Of a DNA stretch of 64,000 nucleotides, positions 10,211-20,135 are shown one piece after another. Source of the stretch: an uncultured virus (IMG/VR IMGVR_UViG_3300018080_008055) (taxonomy: Duplodnaviria > Heunggongvirae > Uroviricota > Caudoviricetes). Within the stretch, counting starts at the first letter, position 1; every line of letters starts with the position of its first letter. The notes under the pieces are model-generated. The model did not search any database. It was not told the DNA's origin and saw nothing but the letters and a program-made list of their open reading frames with translations. A program made the position numbers and the translations under genes. Location: IMG/VR virus record IMGVR_UViG_3300018080_008055; one strand, written 5' to 3'.

Positions 10211-10591
10211 TTACTCCTCCTCTTCTAATAATCCGGTTTTAATCAACTGAGCTTTTATCGTGTTAAAGGTTTCTCCATTTGCTTTAAAGAAAGCTCTATT
10301 ATCCGGGTTTGAAATTAGCAATTTCGCGTTGTTATTGAAAAACTCCATTAGGAATTGTAATTGTATTAGGAGATCTTTTTTTCTAATTTCTTTTAGAAAT
10401 TCATCTTCTGGTAATGCGTATATGTTTAACTTTCTTGGACCTTTCTTAGCAACTATGATCTCTCCTTTTTTAGTAAGCCTATAGCATAAAGTATTAATTG
10501 TATTTGGATCTCCGGCTAAGGCTTCAGCTAACTCAAACTTACTCATATCTCCATTTAGTAGTTCTTTTTTTATCTCTGATTCACTTACCAT
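10211..10591 (-). CDS. Winged helix-turn-helix protein
   Basis: MSKFELAEALAGDPNTINTLCYRLTKKGEI; MVSESE start follows GAGGAGG (track start 10606). Confidence 0.7.
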   Translation of the reverse strand: MVSESEIKKELLNGDMSKFELAEALAGDPNTINTLCYRLTKKGEIIVAKKGPRKLNIYALPEDEFLKEIRKKDLLIQLQFLMEFFNNNAKLLISNPDNRAFFKANGETFNTIKAQLIKTGLLEEEE

Positions 10592-10712
10592 TTTCTTCCT
10601 CCTCAAATTGTTGTTGGTTTTTTAAAAAAGTTTTAAAATATCGATCAAAAATCTCCTGTTCTTTTTCAAATACTTTATCATTTTCTTTTGCTGGTAATAT
10701 TGTTGGCCTCAT
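10581..10712 (-). CDS. Small hypothetical protein, 43 aa (not in ORF track)
   Basis: MRPTILPAKENDKVFEKEQEIFDRYFKTFLKNQQQFEEEENGK; AGGAG RBS; fills the operon gap. Confidence 0.55.
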   Translation of the reverse strand: MRPTILPAKENDKVFEKEQEIFDRYFKTFLKNQQQFEEEENGK

Positions 10713-10723
10713 TTAAAATTCTC

Positions 10724-10897
10724 CTATTTTTTTTTATTCCATTGTTTTAAGTGTTCTTTGCATAAAGCTACTCCTACATTACCGGCTTGTACTATTTTTA
10801 TATATTTTTCCTTACAACCGGAGACTGAACAAATGTCTTCCGGAACTTTAGTATTTATAGATTCCCAATTCATATACTCTTTAATATTTTCATACAT
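10724..10897 (-). CDS. Small Cx4C...CxxH zinc-finger protein, 57 aa (not in ORF track)
   Basis: MYENIKEYMNWESINTKVPEDICSVSGCKEKYIKIVQAGNVGVALCKEHLKQWNKKK; start overlaps the upstream stop. Confidence 0.65.
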   Translation of the reverse strand: MYENIKEYMNWESINTKVPEDICSVSGCKEKYIKIVQAGNVGVALCKEHLKQWNKKK

Positions 10898-11645
10898 TTT
10901 TTTTTTCCTCCGTTTTGGTTTTATTTATTTTGGTAAAACTTGTAATTCTTTTTTGTTCTAAGACTCCTAGCTTACTTGCAAAAGCTATTGATCTTAGATA
11001 CCTTTCTTTCTCATTTTTAAGTTCAAATACTACTAAGACCGGACAAATTTTGCAACCGGAATGATTAAGATCGGGATATTTTTTTCTTAATCTCCTTATA
11101 CAAATTTCCGGTATTTCTCTTTTGAAATAGTCTCTAAAAGGATAACAGTATAATTGACCTTTCTTGTGTCGGTGAAAGAAAGTAGGTTTATTTTCATTCA
11201 TGTTATTTACATTAGTTCCGTTTCTCATTTGCGTTAGCCAAATCCTACGTTGTGTTCCGTCTCCATGCTTAATACCGGAGATTACAACTGTGTTTTCTTC
11301 TAAAAATTGTTTATCATTGAGAAAGGCCTTATGCTTAATATGATAACAACATGGGAAGACCTTTTTATTATATTTACCGGCTTTTCTTAGTTTCATAGCC
11401 TCTGGAATTTTTAAAAAAGATTCTTTTAAGATATTTGCATAATTAAACTTCTTTCCAGGCTTGATCTGAATAAAATTAGGATCTTTAGCAATTAAGCTAA
11501 GAGTTTTAGATTGCTCATAAGGGTTAAAACAATTTACCGGATAAACTCTTTTACTATAAGATTTCTTTAGTTTTTCATAGAGGTAAGTAGAATCAATTCC
11601 TCCGGAGACTAATACAAAGATTTTTTCAAAATTTTTTAAATTCAA
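10890..11645 (-). CDS. PAPS reductase/DndC-like PP-loop protein
   Basis: VSGGIDS PP-loop, CCYHIK, GIKHGDGTQRR, HSGCKICP. Confidence 0.75.
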   Translation of the reverse strand: MNLKNFEKIFVLVSGGIDSTYLYEKLKKSYSKRVYPVNCFNPYEQSKTLSLIAKDPNFIQIKPGKKFNYANILKESFLKIPEAMKLRKAGKYNKKVFPCCYHIKHKAFLNDKQFLEENTVVISGIKHGDGTQRRIWLTQMRNGTNVNNMNENKPTFFHRHKKGQLYCYPFRDYFKREIPEICIRRLRKKYPDLNHSGCKICPVLVVFELKNEKERYLRSIAFASKLGVLEQKRITSFTKINKTKTEEKKNV

Positions 11646-11948
11646 TTTTTTTCTCCAAATGTATATTGTTATAGTATGTTATAGTAAATGATTCTTAGCT
11701 ATTTAAGGGTTATTATTTGTTATAGTGTTTTTATTTTATGATAACTTATAATAACGATTTACAGAATATTGAGGAGCTTATCCAGGTCTATATTTTCAGT
11801 AAATAATCTATAAGATATTAGGAGATCCGGAGACCTCTCGTTGTTAGCTTTAGCCTGGAACTCTTATTCTATGACTTCTCACTATATCTGAAAGAACTAG
11901 ATAAAATGAAATTAAAGGTCTTTAAGTATAGAAATAAAAAGAGAGTAT

Positions 11949-12257
11949 CTAAGAGGCTAGTTGGAAATTTCTAATGATTTTCCTTTTAGTCTTAGTCTTT
12001 ATCGGTTTTTTAGGTAGTTCATAAAGAGTTCTATTATTTGTTTCTGTTAAGAAGATTATTCCATTATTATTTAGGAGTTTTAAATTTCTCCAAATCCAAT
12101 TGATTTGACTTTTATCATTGGATTTAATCTCTAAGAGTCTTCTTATTCTTTTAGTGTCAATAAAGGATCTATTTTGTTCTATAAAATTATTAATAATATC
12201 AACTATATTTTCAAATAATCTTTTTTGAGTATTATTCATCATTGTTTGTTTTTCCAT
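11949..12257 (-). CDS. wHTH-like protein
   Basis: IDTKRIRRLLEI...IWRNLKLLNNNGII...LYEL. Confidence 0.55.
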   Translation of the reverse strand: MEKQTMMNNTQKRLFENIVDIINNFIEQNRSFIDTKRIRRLLEIKSNDKSQINWIWRNLKLLNNNGIIFLTETNNRTLYELPKKPIKTKTKRKIIRNFQLAS

Positions 12258-12368
12258 TGTTTGTAGTATGACTAGAGATTTTATTTTTCCAATAGAAAAA
12301 ATGGTCTATCTCTTTTCAATGTTAATATATTGCTATGATACAATTTAATGGTTAATATTTTTTCTAAT

Positions 12369-12499
12369 GACTAGTCGTAAGTCTTTTTTAGGTTAAAGAA
12401 AAGAATATTTAATGGTTTTGTAATTCCAGGCTTGAGGCCTAAAAATTAATATTTTTCTCCCGGAGTTCCAGGCTTTTTTTTTGATCATTTTCGATCATT
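12369..12499. repeat. Copy 2 of the ~135 bp dispersed intergenic element
   Basis: GACTAGTCGTAA at 12369; 12424-12499 is nearly identical to 8265-8340. Confidence 0.9.
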
Positions 12500-12545
12500 T
12501 TAAGGTCCTATAAATAGAGTTAAAAATTGAGGAAAAAAAATTTTG

Positions 12546-12932
12546 TTATGAAAGTCTTTTTTCTTTGTTTTGCTTTGCTATTATTTTAGCTTCTTTGATC
12601 ATTTCAGAGTTGTTAAGATTGTTAAATTTCTTCATTATAGTTTTTGCTAAATTAATTTGAGAGTTTTTCATTTTTCGGTTTATTTCATCTCTAGTCTTTT
12701 TAGAATCTTTAGGTTCTGAATTAAATTGTCTTATTTTAAGTAATATCTCTTTTTGATTTTCTTTTTTAGGAAATTCTATCCATAGCCACCAAAAAAACAT
12801 TTCATAGCCTTTGATACCATCTATATCTTGAACTATTCCTATCTTTGCTTTAGTATTAGTATTTGTCCAGGTCTTTTCTTTATTTTGATTTTTGGTAAGT
12901 TTCCAATTATTATATTGTTTTCTTTCTACCAT
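12546..12932 (-). CDS. Hypothetical basic protein
   Basis: ORF, 128 aa. Confidence 0.6.
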   Translation of the reverse strand: MVERKQYNNWKLTKNQNKEKTWTNTNTKAKIGIVQDIDGIKGYEMFFWWLWIEFPKKENQKEILLKIRQFNSEPKDSKKTRDEINRKMKNSQINLAKTIMKKFNNLNNSEMIKEAKIIAKQNKEKRLS

Positions 12933-12977
12933 TTAAAACATCTTCTTATTTTTGAATATTTTTTTATCCATTATTTA

Positions 12978-13448
12978 TTAACTGATATTACTTAAGTAAT
13001 ATCCGTCTTCATCAAACATTAAAGACTTTCCGGATTTTAGTTGTTTTTTCATATCTTCAATTTCGTAATTGTGATATGCCTCTTTCATATCTTTTAACCA
13101 ATGATTTAATCCAATATTGCTTTTAATCCTCAACTTTTTATATCTAGCATATTTAGATAGATCTTTATTTTTTGGAAAATCAATTATGTTATACTTCTTT
13201 GAATATTTTTCTTTTAATTGATATTGAACTCTATTAGAACTGGATTTTGATTTTTTAATTACTCCTTTATTGATTAATTTATTAAGCATATTCCTCATTT
13301 GGCTTTCAGTAATCTCCAGGCGTTTAGCAACTCCAGAATTATATCTTTGGGTTATTTCCTTAACATTTTGAGGTTTATTCTTACTAGACCAAAAAAGAGA
13401 CAATATTGAACTTGTTAAATATTTATGTTTATAGCTCATTTTTTTCAC
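12978..13448 (-). CDS. Winged helix-turn-helix protein
   Basis: NVKEITQRY...ITESQMRNMLNKLINKGVIKK...VQYQL. Confidence 0.7.
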   Translation of the reverse strand: MKKMSYKHKYLTSSILSLFWSSKNKPQNVKEITQRYNSGVAKRLEITESQMRNMLNKLINKGVIKKSKSSSNRVQYQLKEKYSKKYNIIDFPKNKDLSKYARYKKLRIKSNIGLNHWLKDMKEAYHNYEIEDMKKQLKSGKSLMFDEDGYYLSNIS

Positions 13449-13504
13449 ATGAAGTAAATTTATTGTTAATTATTATTTAATTTTGATTTTAATAAATATT
13501 AGGT

Positions 13505-14920
13505 TTAAGTATAAAAATCATTATTAAAATTCTTCTCGGTTTGATTTTTCTCTTTTGGAGACTCTGGATTAAGTAAATTAATCAGATTTGAAAAATTGTT
13601 ATTTAGGGTTTGTAAATTATTTGTTAATTGTGATATTTGGTTGTTGGTTTGTTGATTTTGATTAGCTAGGACAACAATAGCTTTTTCTATCTTATCAAAT
13701 CTATTATCATGGCTTTGTTGATTATTGAGAATTTGATCTATAGAGGAGATCTTATTGTCTAAATCGGAGATCTTATTTTCTATATCTTCAATTTTTCCAG
13801 GTAGTTTTTCTTGAATATCTAATATATTAAATCCTTTCTCTATATCGGAAAATTCGATCTCTCCGGATTCTTTAGGCGAGTTATCAATTGCTATTTCTTT
13901 ATTTGTACCGGTTATCTTTGCAGTAATATATTTTCCTAATCCGGCTAATGAATTTATGTCCTCTCTATATTCTATGGCGATATGGATTTTTTTATGAAGT
14001 ATTGGTTCATCTCCGATTATTTTGAATCCTATCGTATTAAAGAAGTCTTTGCAATGTCTTACGTCGTTTTCTCTCTCATGGAAATAATTGATAAAGCCTT
14101 TGGTTGTGGAGACTTCCGATTGATCTTTTGGTCGGTTGAAATTAAAGGCTATATTATGAATATTTATCTCAACGGATTCTATTCCTCCAAAATCAGCTTG
14201 ATTCAGATATATGTAATACTTAGGCCTTTTCCAATTTTTTAATATCGTAGGTTTAAAAAAAATCTCTTTTGATTTAGTTTTATGCTTTTGTAATTTATAT
14301 TTTCCATTGGCTAACTTAATAGGATTATAAGATTTAATCCAATTAGGTATATCTCCTAAATCTAAACGGAAAGATAAATTATGGATATGTTCGGTTATTA
14401 CTCCAAAATAATTATTGAATCGTTTTTCTTGGTCTAGATTTTCAATTGTAGTCTTTGATTTTGCACTAGTTAAACCATATTTTAAATAGAATTTTCCGGC
14501 ACTAGATAATTTATAAAAGTTAGGTCTAGTGCTAGTTTGTTCAATGTATTTGTTTTTCTTTAACCAATTTATCATTTTGTAAATTTTAGAATGATGGATC
14601 TTTAGTTTTTTGGAGATCATATAACCATGAAAACTTTTATCAGTCCTAGAAAGATGTTTTAAAATCTCTTGTTTTAACTGATAGTCTTGATCAATTAGGC
14701 TAGTTTGTTTCGTACTAGATTTTTTTGATTTTTTGATTTGAAAGTTAATATAATCAATTAATTGAACTCTATTAATAGTAATGTATTTAGAACAATACTT
14801 ACATTTAGCAACCGGATTCTTAGGAATTTTTTTAATATCTTTTGGAGAGTATAATTGACCTTTATATCCTTTCCGGTTCTTTTTACAATGCTTACATTCT
14901 ACTATTAGTGAGATCTTCAT
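13505..14920 (-). CDS. Zn-ribbon + wHTH + unknown domain + coiled-coil protein
   Basis: CKHC...CKYC; ISKKLKIHHSKIYKMINWLKKNKYI...YKLSSAG; heptad-like C-terminus. Confidence 0.7.
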   Translation of the reverse strand: MKISLIVECKHCKKNRKGYKGQLYSPKDIKKIPKNPVAKCKYCSKYITINRVQLIDYINFQIKKSKKSSTKQTSLIDQDYQLKQEILKHLSRTDKSFHGYMISKKLKIHHSKIYKMINWLKKNKYIEQTSTRPNFYKLSSAGKFYLKYGLTSAKSKTTIENLDQEKRFNNYFGVITEHIHNLSFRLDLGDIPNWIKSYNPIKLANGKYKLQKHKTKSKEIFFKPTILKNWKRPKYYIYLNQADFGGIESVEINIHNIAFNFNRPKDQSEVSTTKGFINYFHERENDVRHCKDFFNTIGFKIIGDEPILHKKIHIAIEYREDINSLAGLGKYITAKITGTNKEIAIDNSPKESGEIEFSDIEKGFNILDIQEKLPGKIEDIENKISDLDNKISSIDQILNNQQSHDNRFDKIEKAIVVLANQNQQTNNQISQLTNNLQTLNNNFSNLINLLNPESPKEKNQTEKNFNNDFYT

Positions 14921-15432
14921 ATATAGAGTTGTCTATGACCAAGTTCTTTAAGTTTATATTCAAACTCTTGTTGTTTTTCATTCATTTGTTTTACTGAATC
15001 ATTTACTAGAGCTTTGATATGCTCTCTTTCTGATTTGAGTAAATATTTTCCTTTCTTTTCAAAATATTCTATTACTTCATTAATAATTTTTTCCTCTGAG
15101 ATTTCGATCATCTTTTTTTCATCTTTAACATTCATTAAATCTAATTGATGAATAAGATCAAAGAATCTATAGAATTCACTTAAGCCGGTAAATAATTTTT
15201 TATCTCCTTTTGAGAAGTAAGGTTCTATCTCCTCTAAGATTTCCTCATTAGGAATAAAAGAGGCTAATGTATAGCCGTATTCATAATTCTTAAGATATGG
15301 CTCTCTAGATTTTAAGATAGTAATATAATCTAAAAGAGAATTATTAATGATAACGGCCAATTTTAAGTTTTCCTCATTTCTCTTCTTTAACAACCGTTTA
15401 TAACAATCTGTATGCAAGTTTATTGAAGTCAT
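14917..15432 (-). CDS. Probable ribbon-helix-helix protein
   Basis: TSINLHTDCYKRL...VIINNSLLDYI; possible second RHH unit. Confidence 0.45.
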   Translation of the reverse strand: MTSINLHTDCYKRLLKKRNEENLKLAVIINNSLLDYITILKSREPYLKNYEYGYTLASFIPNEEILEEIEPYFSKGDKKLFTGLSEFYRFFDLIHQLDLMNVKDEKKMIEISEEKIINEVIEYFEKKGKYLLKSEREHIKALVNDSVKQMNEKQQEFEYKLKELGHRQLYI

Positions 15433-15435
15433 TTT

Positions 15436-17922
15436 TTATTTCTTCCTCCTTTTTCTTTTAATTGGTTTATATTCTGGTTTTTTTTTAGATGTGAATTGTT
15501 GAATAAATTTTTCTTTTTTTTCAATTGAAGTAAATAAGAAGTCTTCAATTTTCGTTTGTATAAATTTTTGATTTCTAATAATACAAGTTTGCTCTCTTAG
15601 ATAAGTTTGAAAAGTTTTGTAATTTGCAGGTTTATTTTTCTTAGAATTATAAAATCTATTTATTATACATAATTGTTGATAATTCATGTGAAGATGCAAC
15701 TTCCGTTTAATTATTCCGGAAAGAATATGAATATTGATATAGGTAAATAATTTCTTATTCACTTCAGTTTTAAATAGGTTTATATCATCTTTGGTTAAAG
15801 GAATGATCTTTTCTATAAATTTTAAAAGTAAGCCGGTTCTATAACTCTCCTTTAACGTATAAAATACTTTTGCTTTTTTAAGTTTCTCGATTAGGTTATC
15901 CGTTTCTTCAAAGGTAAAACTTTTAGTTCCTAAATATATTTTACCTACGATTCTATCTATTATATCACGGTCTCTAACTTTTATTGCTTTATCTAAATCA
16001 TAGTTTATGCTTTTGGCCATTGAGTCTATTAATTTGAAGAGGTATAGGCTTTTAGAGAAATAATTCTTCCTTTGTTGTTTTACAATATACGATTTGAATC
16101 TTCTTAATTGGGTAAAACTCATATTGCCGAATATTTGCTTATAGTCTTCTTGGAATTGATTGTGATAAGCGATCTGAATTAAACTATGAACTTTGATATG
16201 ATTACTTAAAAAGTCAAATTCTCTATAAAATGAAAAGCCTGGAGTTTTTATTGCTTTTGAAAAAGTAAGTAATAGTTTTTTGTCAAAAGCAATAGCATTT
16301 CTGGGTTGATCTTTTGTATTGACTTTAAGACTCTCTAAGATTCTTTTATAATCAAAATAATTAAAATCAAAAAGAGCAATATTAAAAATTGTGTGTTGGA
16401 TTACGTCTATTTCATTAGTTTTGTTGAAATGTTTTAATATCTTTTCTATAATTTCTTCTTTCTTAAGTTTGTGTTGCTCTTGATCTTCTTTCAATTCTTC
16501 TAAGAGATTATTGGTTTTTTTAGCTATTATTTTTAAATAATAACTATTAAATTGTCTCATTGCATAACCATCTCTCTCTTCATCTAATAAGTCAAAATCA
16601 ATTCTTTCTTTGATAAGTTTTATATTCTTATAGTCTAAATTGTATTGGTTTAATCGGTTTAATAAATATAGATCGAATCCGGGATAATTCTTCTTATCAT
16701 AAATAGTGAAAAGAAATTCCATTAGCCGTTCATATTCTTTAGTTCCTGAAGTTGTAAATACTTTAGTCTCTTGTTCGTGCCAATTAAAATTCTTAGTTGA
16801 GTCATGTTTTGGAAAGAAATGTTTTATAATAATTGAATCAAAGAGTTTATAAACGGAGTGCTGATGAAGTTCCTCAAACACAAATAAATCAAATATGGAT
16901 TCTAATTCCTCATACGTAAATTGATTTAGATAGCCTCTATTTATTATATATTCTTGGGTTGAAACATTTTTCATTAAGCCTTTATCATAGGCCTCTCTTG
17001 ATTCTTCGATTCTTTCGGCTATTTCTGATTTAAACATTTTTAAGGCTTTTGGATCTCCGGCTTGTGCTAATCTATTTAGTAATGGAAAGGCCAAATTTCT
17101 CCTCAATAGTCTAGTATTATAATCGTGTTCAAACCATGCTTGAAGATTTGAGCAATGACCTTTGAACTCCTCTTCTTTAGAAAGACTCCTTACTACTTTT
17201 TCATATCCTTTTTGGTTTTGTTCATGTCTCCCGATATAATTCTCGGCTAACTGATCTATTGAAGTAAGCTCTTGTTGATTTTTAACAGTCTCCTGGGGAT
17301 TATGAAGTAAGAGATATTTACATTGGATAAATTCTTGAAAATAGCCGTTTTTATTCCTAATAAAAATTTTAGTATCTCCTTTAACTAATCTCAGTTCAAT
17401 TAAATGTTTATCTTCTTTTATTTGTTGTTCAGTTCCTATTTTGAATATTTCATTGAACTTAGGATTTTCCCATAAAAAGATTACAAAGGAAGTATCGTTA
17501 GTCGGGTGATTTGTAAAAAATTCTATAAACTCCAGGTAAGATTTAAAACCGTCGTTATGAGCTAAGTCATACCAAGTTTCGTTAGGAATTGGAGATTCTA
17601 ACTTCTTAGCTTCTAAATCACTAACTAAAGGAATATCCTTTAATTGAAAATAATATTTGTCTTTTATCGTTCTATCAAATAGAAATTTTCTATTTTTACT
17701 TCTTTGGTTAATCCAAATATGAGCAATATCGCCAATATTCATTTTATCTCTATAATTGTTTTTTCCCATTGCTCTTATAGTCCTAGTCTTTTCTCCATTT
17801 TCTAATTTAGGCTCTAACCAAGCCATAAATGATAAATTTTGATTCATTTGGTTTTCCTCCAGGCTTTCATTCTCCAAATAATTTTTGATATAATTTTTGG
17901 GTTGATAAACCATATAATTCAT
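15436..17922 (-). CDS. ASCH domain fused to a Lokiarchaeia-type domain and a helical C-terminal region
   Basis: LSF...GEKTRTIR...GD...LAHNDGFKS (ASCH); QCKYLLL...SIDQLAE...EEEFKGHCSNLQAWFEHDYNTRLLRRNLAFPLL. Confidence 0.7.
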   Translation of the reverse strand: MNYMVYQPKNYIKNYLENESLEENQMNQNLSFMAWLEPKLENGEKTRTIRAMGKNNYRDKMNIGDIAHIWINQRSKNRKFLFDRTIKDKYYFQLKDIPLVSDLEAKKLESPIPNETWYDLAHNDGFKSYLEFIEFFTNHPTNDTSFVIFLWENPKFNEIFKIGTEQQIKEDKHLIELRLVKGDTKIFIRNKNGYFQEFIQCKYLLLHNPQETVKNQQELTSIDQLAENYIGRHEQNQKGYEKVVRSLSKEEEFKGHCSNLQAWFEHDYNTRLLRRNLAFPLLNRLAQAGDPKALKMFKSEIAERIEESREAYDKGLMKNVSTQEYIINRGYLNQFTYEELESIFDLFVFEELHQHSVYKLFDSIIIKHFFPKHDSTKNFNWHEQETKVFTTSGTKEYERLMEFLFTIYDKKNYPGFDLYLLNRLNQYNLDYKNIKLIKERIDFDLLDEERDGYAMRQFNSYYLKIIAKKTNNLLEELKEDQEQHKLKKEEIIEKILKHFNKTNEIDVIQHTIFNIALFDFNYFDYKRILESLKVNTKDQPRNAIAFDKKLLLTFSKAIKTPGFSFYREFDFLSNHIKVHSLIQIAYHNQFQEDYKQIFGNMSFTQLRRFKSYIVKQQRKNYFSKSLYLFKLIDSMAKSINYDLDKAIKVRDRDIIDRIVGKIYLGTKSFTFEETDNLIEKLKKAKVFYTLKESYRTGLLLKFIEKIIPLTKDDINLFKTEVNKKLFTYINIHILSGIIKRKLHLHMNYQQLCIINRFYNSKKNKPANYKTFQTYLREQTCIIRNQKFIQTKIEDFLFTSIEKKEKFIQQFTSKKKPEYKPIKRKRRKK

Positions 17923-18265
17923 GTAATTTTAGAAAATATTTCATACGACTTTTAAAGTCTATAAAATTGTAATGCTCTCTCCAAAGAGAAGAATTAGAAT
18001 CCGGTAATACGTATGAGATTAATGGAGTTGTAAGTCTTATAGTATTAATTAAATGATCAGTTCTTTTTTCTATTTTCCATTGCTCTTCATTTAGGTATTC
18101 TAAAAAGAGATTATAGTCATACTCCCCTAGAATAAATTTACATTTATAACAAATATTACCTCTGATCTTTAATTTCTCTTTTGGATTTACTCTAATAGTA
18201 TATATCCGGTAATCAATACTATTCCAAATCATATTACATTCCATACAATAGTTTAATCTAGTCAA
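17867..18265 (-). CDS. Zn-finger protein
   Basis: CMEC...CYKC. Confidence 0.55.
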   Translation of the reverse strand: MTRLNYCMECNMIWNSIDYRIYTIRVNPKEKLKIRGNICYKCKFILGEYDYNLFLEYLNEEQWKIEKRTDHLINTIRLTTPLISYVLPDSNSSLWREHYNFIDFKSRMKYFLKLHELYGLSTQKLYQKLFGE

Positions 18266-18654
18266 TATCCTCTCTCTCTTAATTTTTCTAAATCTTTATC
18301 AAGTGTTTCTTTTATAAATTCTATTACTTCCGGTTTTAATTTCTTAAAACAGTATTTATTTTCAAAAGTAGTAAGATAACGGTATAGAGTATCTTTTTTC
18401 CAAAAGTAGTTTTCGATAATACCTCTGAGATTGTGATGGATATCTCCAAATAACCCACAATGTTCAAAACTCTTTTCGGTTTTCCAATGAAAGTCTATAT
18501 AGAGAGCAAAATATCTAAGCTCTATAATTATATCCCATACTTCCTCTAATTTAGTTCCTAATAGTTCAAATAATCTTAGAACTTCTTTTTCATCTTTAGG
18601 ATTATTTTCATAATCGGATAAATGAGTAATCCCATCTCCATGTATAAAGCTCAT
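18262..18654 (-). CDS. Hypothetical protein
   Basis: ORF with operon-style overlap. Confidence 0.6.
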   Translation of the reverse strand: MSFIHGDGITHLSDYENNPKDEKEVLRLFELLGTKLEEVWDIIIELRYFALYIDFHWKTEKSFEHCGLFGDIHHNLRGIIENYFWKKDTLYRYLTTFENKYCFKKLKPEVIEFIKETLDKDLEKLRERGY

Positions 18655-18659
18655 TTTAT

Positions 18660-18959
18660 CTATTCCTCTAATAATTCATATTTTTTTATATAGTGAATGA
18701 ATTTATCTAATTCTTTTTGTAGATTTGATTTTTTCTTTATATCATTTATTCTCGTTTTAATATTTGCTATTTCAATAGTAATCCAATGGAGATTTGCTAA
18801 GTTTTCATGTGGTGATATGTTTTTTTTATTTCGATTATATTCATAGGCCTCCAATTGTATTTCTTCTAATTTCTCATCTAATTTCTTGAATAGGTTTATC
18901 AAATAGCTTTTAGAGGTATTGATAAATTCGGTTTCTTTTTCGTTTTTCAATTTATTCAC
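18660..18959 (-). CDS. Hypothetical helical protein with PIP-like QKELDKFI
   Basis: ORF in operon. Confidence 0.55.
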   Translation of the reverse strand: MNKLKNEKETEFINTSKSYLINLFKKLDEKLEEIQLEAYEYNRNKKNISPHENLANLHWITIEIANIKTRINDIKKKSNLQKELDKFIHYIKKYELLEE

Positions 18960-19027
18960 TCATTTTTTTTAATAACTCGTATTGATTAATTTTATTATTA
19001 TACAATTAGAACAATTTTTAGTCAATT

Positions 19028-19189
19028 TTATTTTCTCTCCAGGTTTTTGTTTTCTTTAATCTTTTCTAAACAATAATTTTCAGATTTAATATCTCCAATA
19101 CAAATATGACAAAGATAATAATAATATACGTTTTGATCCTTAGTGTATCTTTTACCTCTTCCTTTTCCACAATGAAAGCAAATTGGCAT
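19028..19189 (-). CDS. Small CxxC...CxxC zinc-finger protein, 53 aa (not in ORF track)
   Basis: MPICFHCGKGRGKRYTKDQNVYYYYLCHICIGDIKSENYCLEKIKENKNLERK; GAGGAGG RBS. Confidence 0.65.
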   Translation of the reverse strand: MPICFHCGKGRGKRYTKDQNVYYYYLCHICIGDIKSENYCLEKIKENKNLERK

Positions 19190-19190
19190 T

Positions 19191-20111
19191 TTATTTTCCT
19201 CCTCTATATATTGGATTAATTTTATAATTCTCTTCGTAAAAATCTCTTTTTTGACAAATTATTCCTAATACGATATTTGAGTTTTTTAGGAATATCCATA
19301 AGAAATGTTTTTTTCCATCTCTAAATAGCTTAAAGATTGTTTCACTTTTCTTTTCTTTAAAGAATTTTTGAATCCGGTTAAAGTGAGTCATTAAGGTTTC
19401 TTTAGGAACTATTAATTGAAATATATGATCCTTTCTTCTATACTCTTTTAGGATTATAGCATTTTCACTTAACCAATGAAAGAAACTATAATTAGTCTCT
19501 TTTAATTTATGAAAGGTTGTATAATCAAGTTCTTTTAGAAGTTTAACTTCTTTCTTTTGTAAATAGAGATTTCCGTTAAAGCTCTTCCGGTTTAATATTA
19601 CTAAGCTATTTGAATTATGTAGTAATACGTTAGGATTAGGAAAATACCATTCCGTCATATTAGGATTACGGTATATGTCAATATGATTAAGGAAAAAACT
19701 AAGTGTGTTATTATTAACCATAGTTGATAATAGCTTTCCTTTTTTAGCTTTTATAACCATATTTAAATTTCGTGAAAACTCTTTATCATTTTCTAAACAA
19801 TAGTTTATAGAGGTTTTAGCCTTTTCATTAAAATATTTTATTAAAACAAATAAGCTATTTTTTCTAACTATAAAGTTTTGATCAGAAAGGAACAAATTTT
19901 CAAAAAATAAGTAATCCTCTTTAGCTAGATTAAAATCTTCTTTAAGAAATTCAGTTATCCATTCTCCTCTTACATTATACCATTCATAGACCGAATCTTC
20001 CCCTGCAATCATTTCTTTTAAAAATTCTATATAGGTCCTTTCTGTTAATAATCCGGAGAGATATTCTTTCTTCCTCGAATCAAATACCTCGTTAGCTTTT
20101 CTAATATGCAA
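19191..20111 (-). CDS. Protein with Lokiarchaeia-type HEAT-like N-terminal domain
   Basis: FFENLFLSDQNFIVRKNSLFVLIKYFNEKAKTSINYCLEND. Confidence 0.5.
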   Translation of the reverse strand: MHIRKANEVFDSRKKEYLSGLLTERTYIEFLKEMIAGEDSVYEWYNVRGEWITEFLKEDFNLAKEDYLFFENLFLSDQNFIVRKNSLFVLIKYFNEKAKTSINYCLENDKEFSRNLNMVIKAKKGKLLSTMVNNNTLSFFLNHIDIYRNPNMTEWYFPNPNVLLHNSNSLVILNRKSFNGNLYLQKKEVKLLKELDYTTFHKLKETNYSFFHWLSENAIILKEYRRKDHIFQLIVPKETLMTHFNRIQKFFKEKKSETIFKLFRDGKKHFLWIFLKNSNIVLGIICQKRDFYEENYKINPIYRGGK

Positions 20112-20135
20112 TAGACTTACCTCTTTTTATTTGTA

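Noticed and set aside
10890..11645. QueC (7-deazaguanine pathway)
   Set aside because: SGGxDS is shared, but the CC..K, G.K..D...R and GCxxCP motifs fit the PAPS-reductase family better, and no queD, queE or folE is present.
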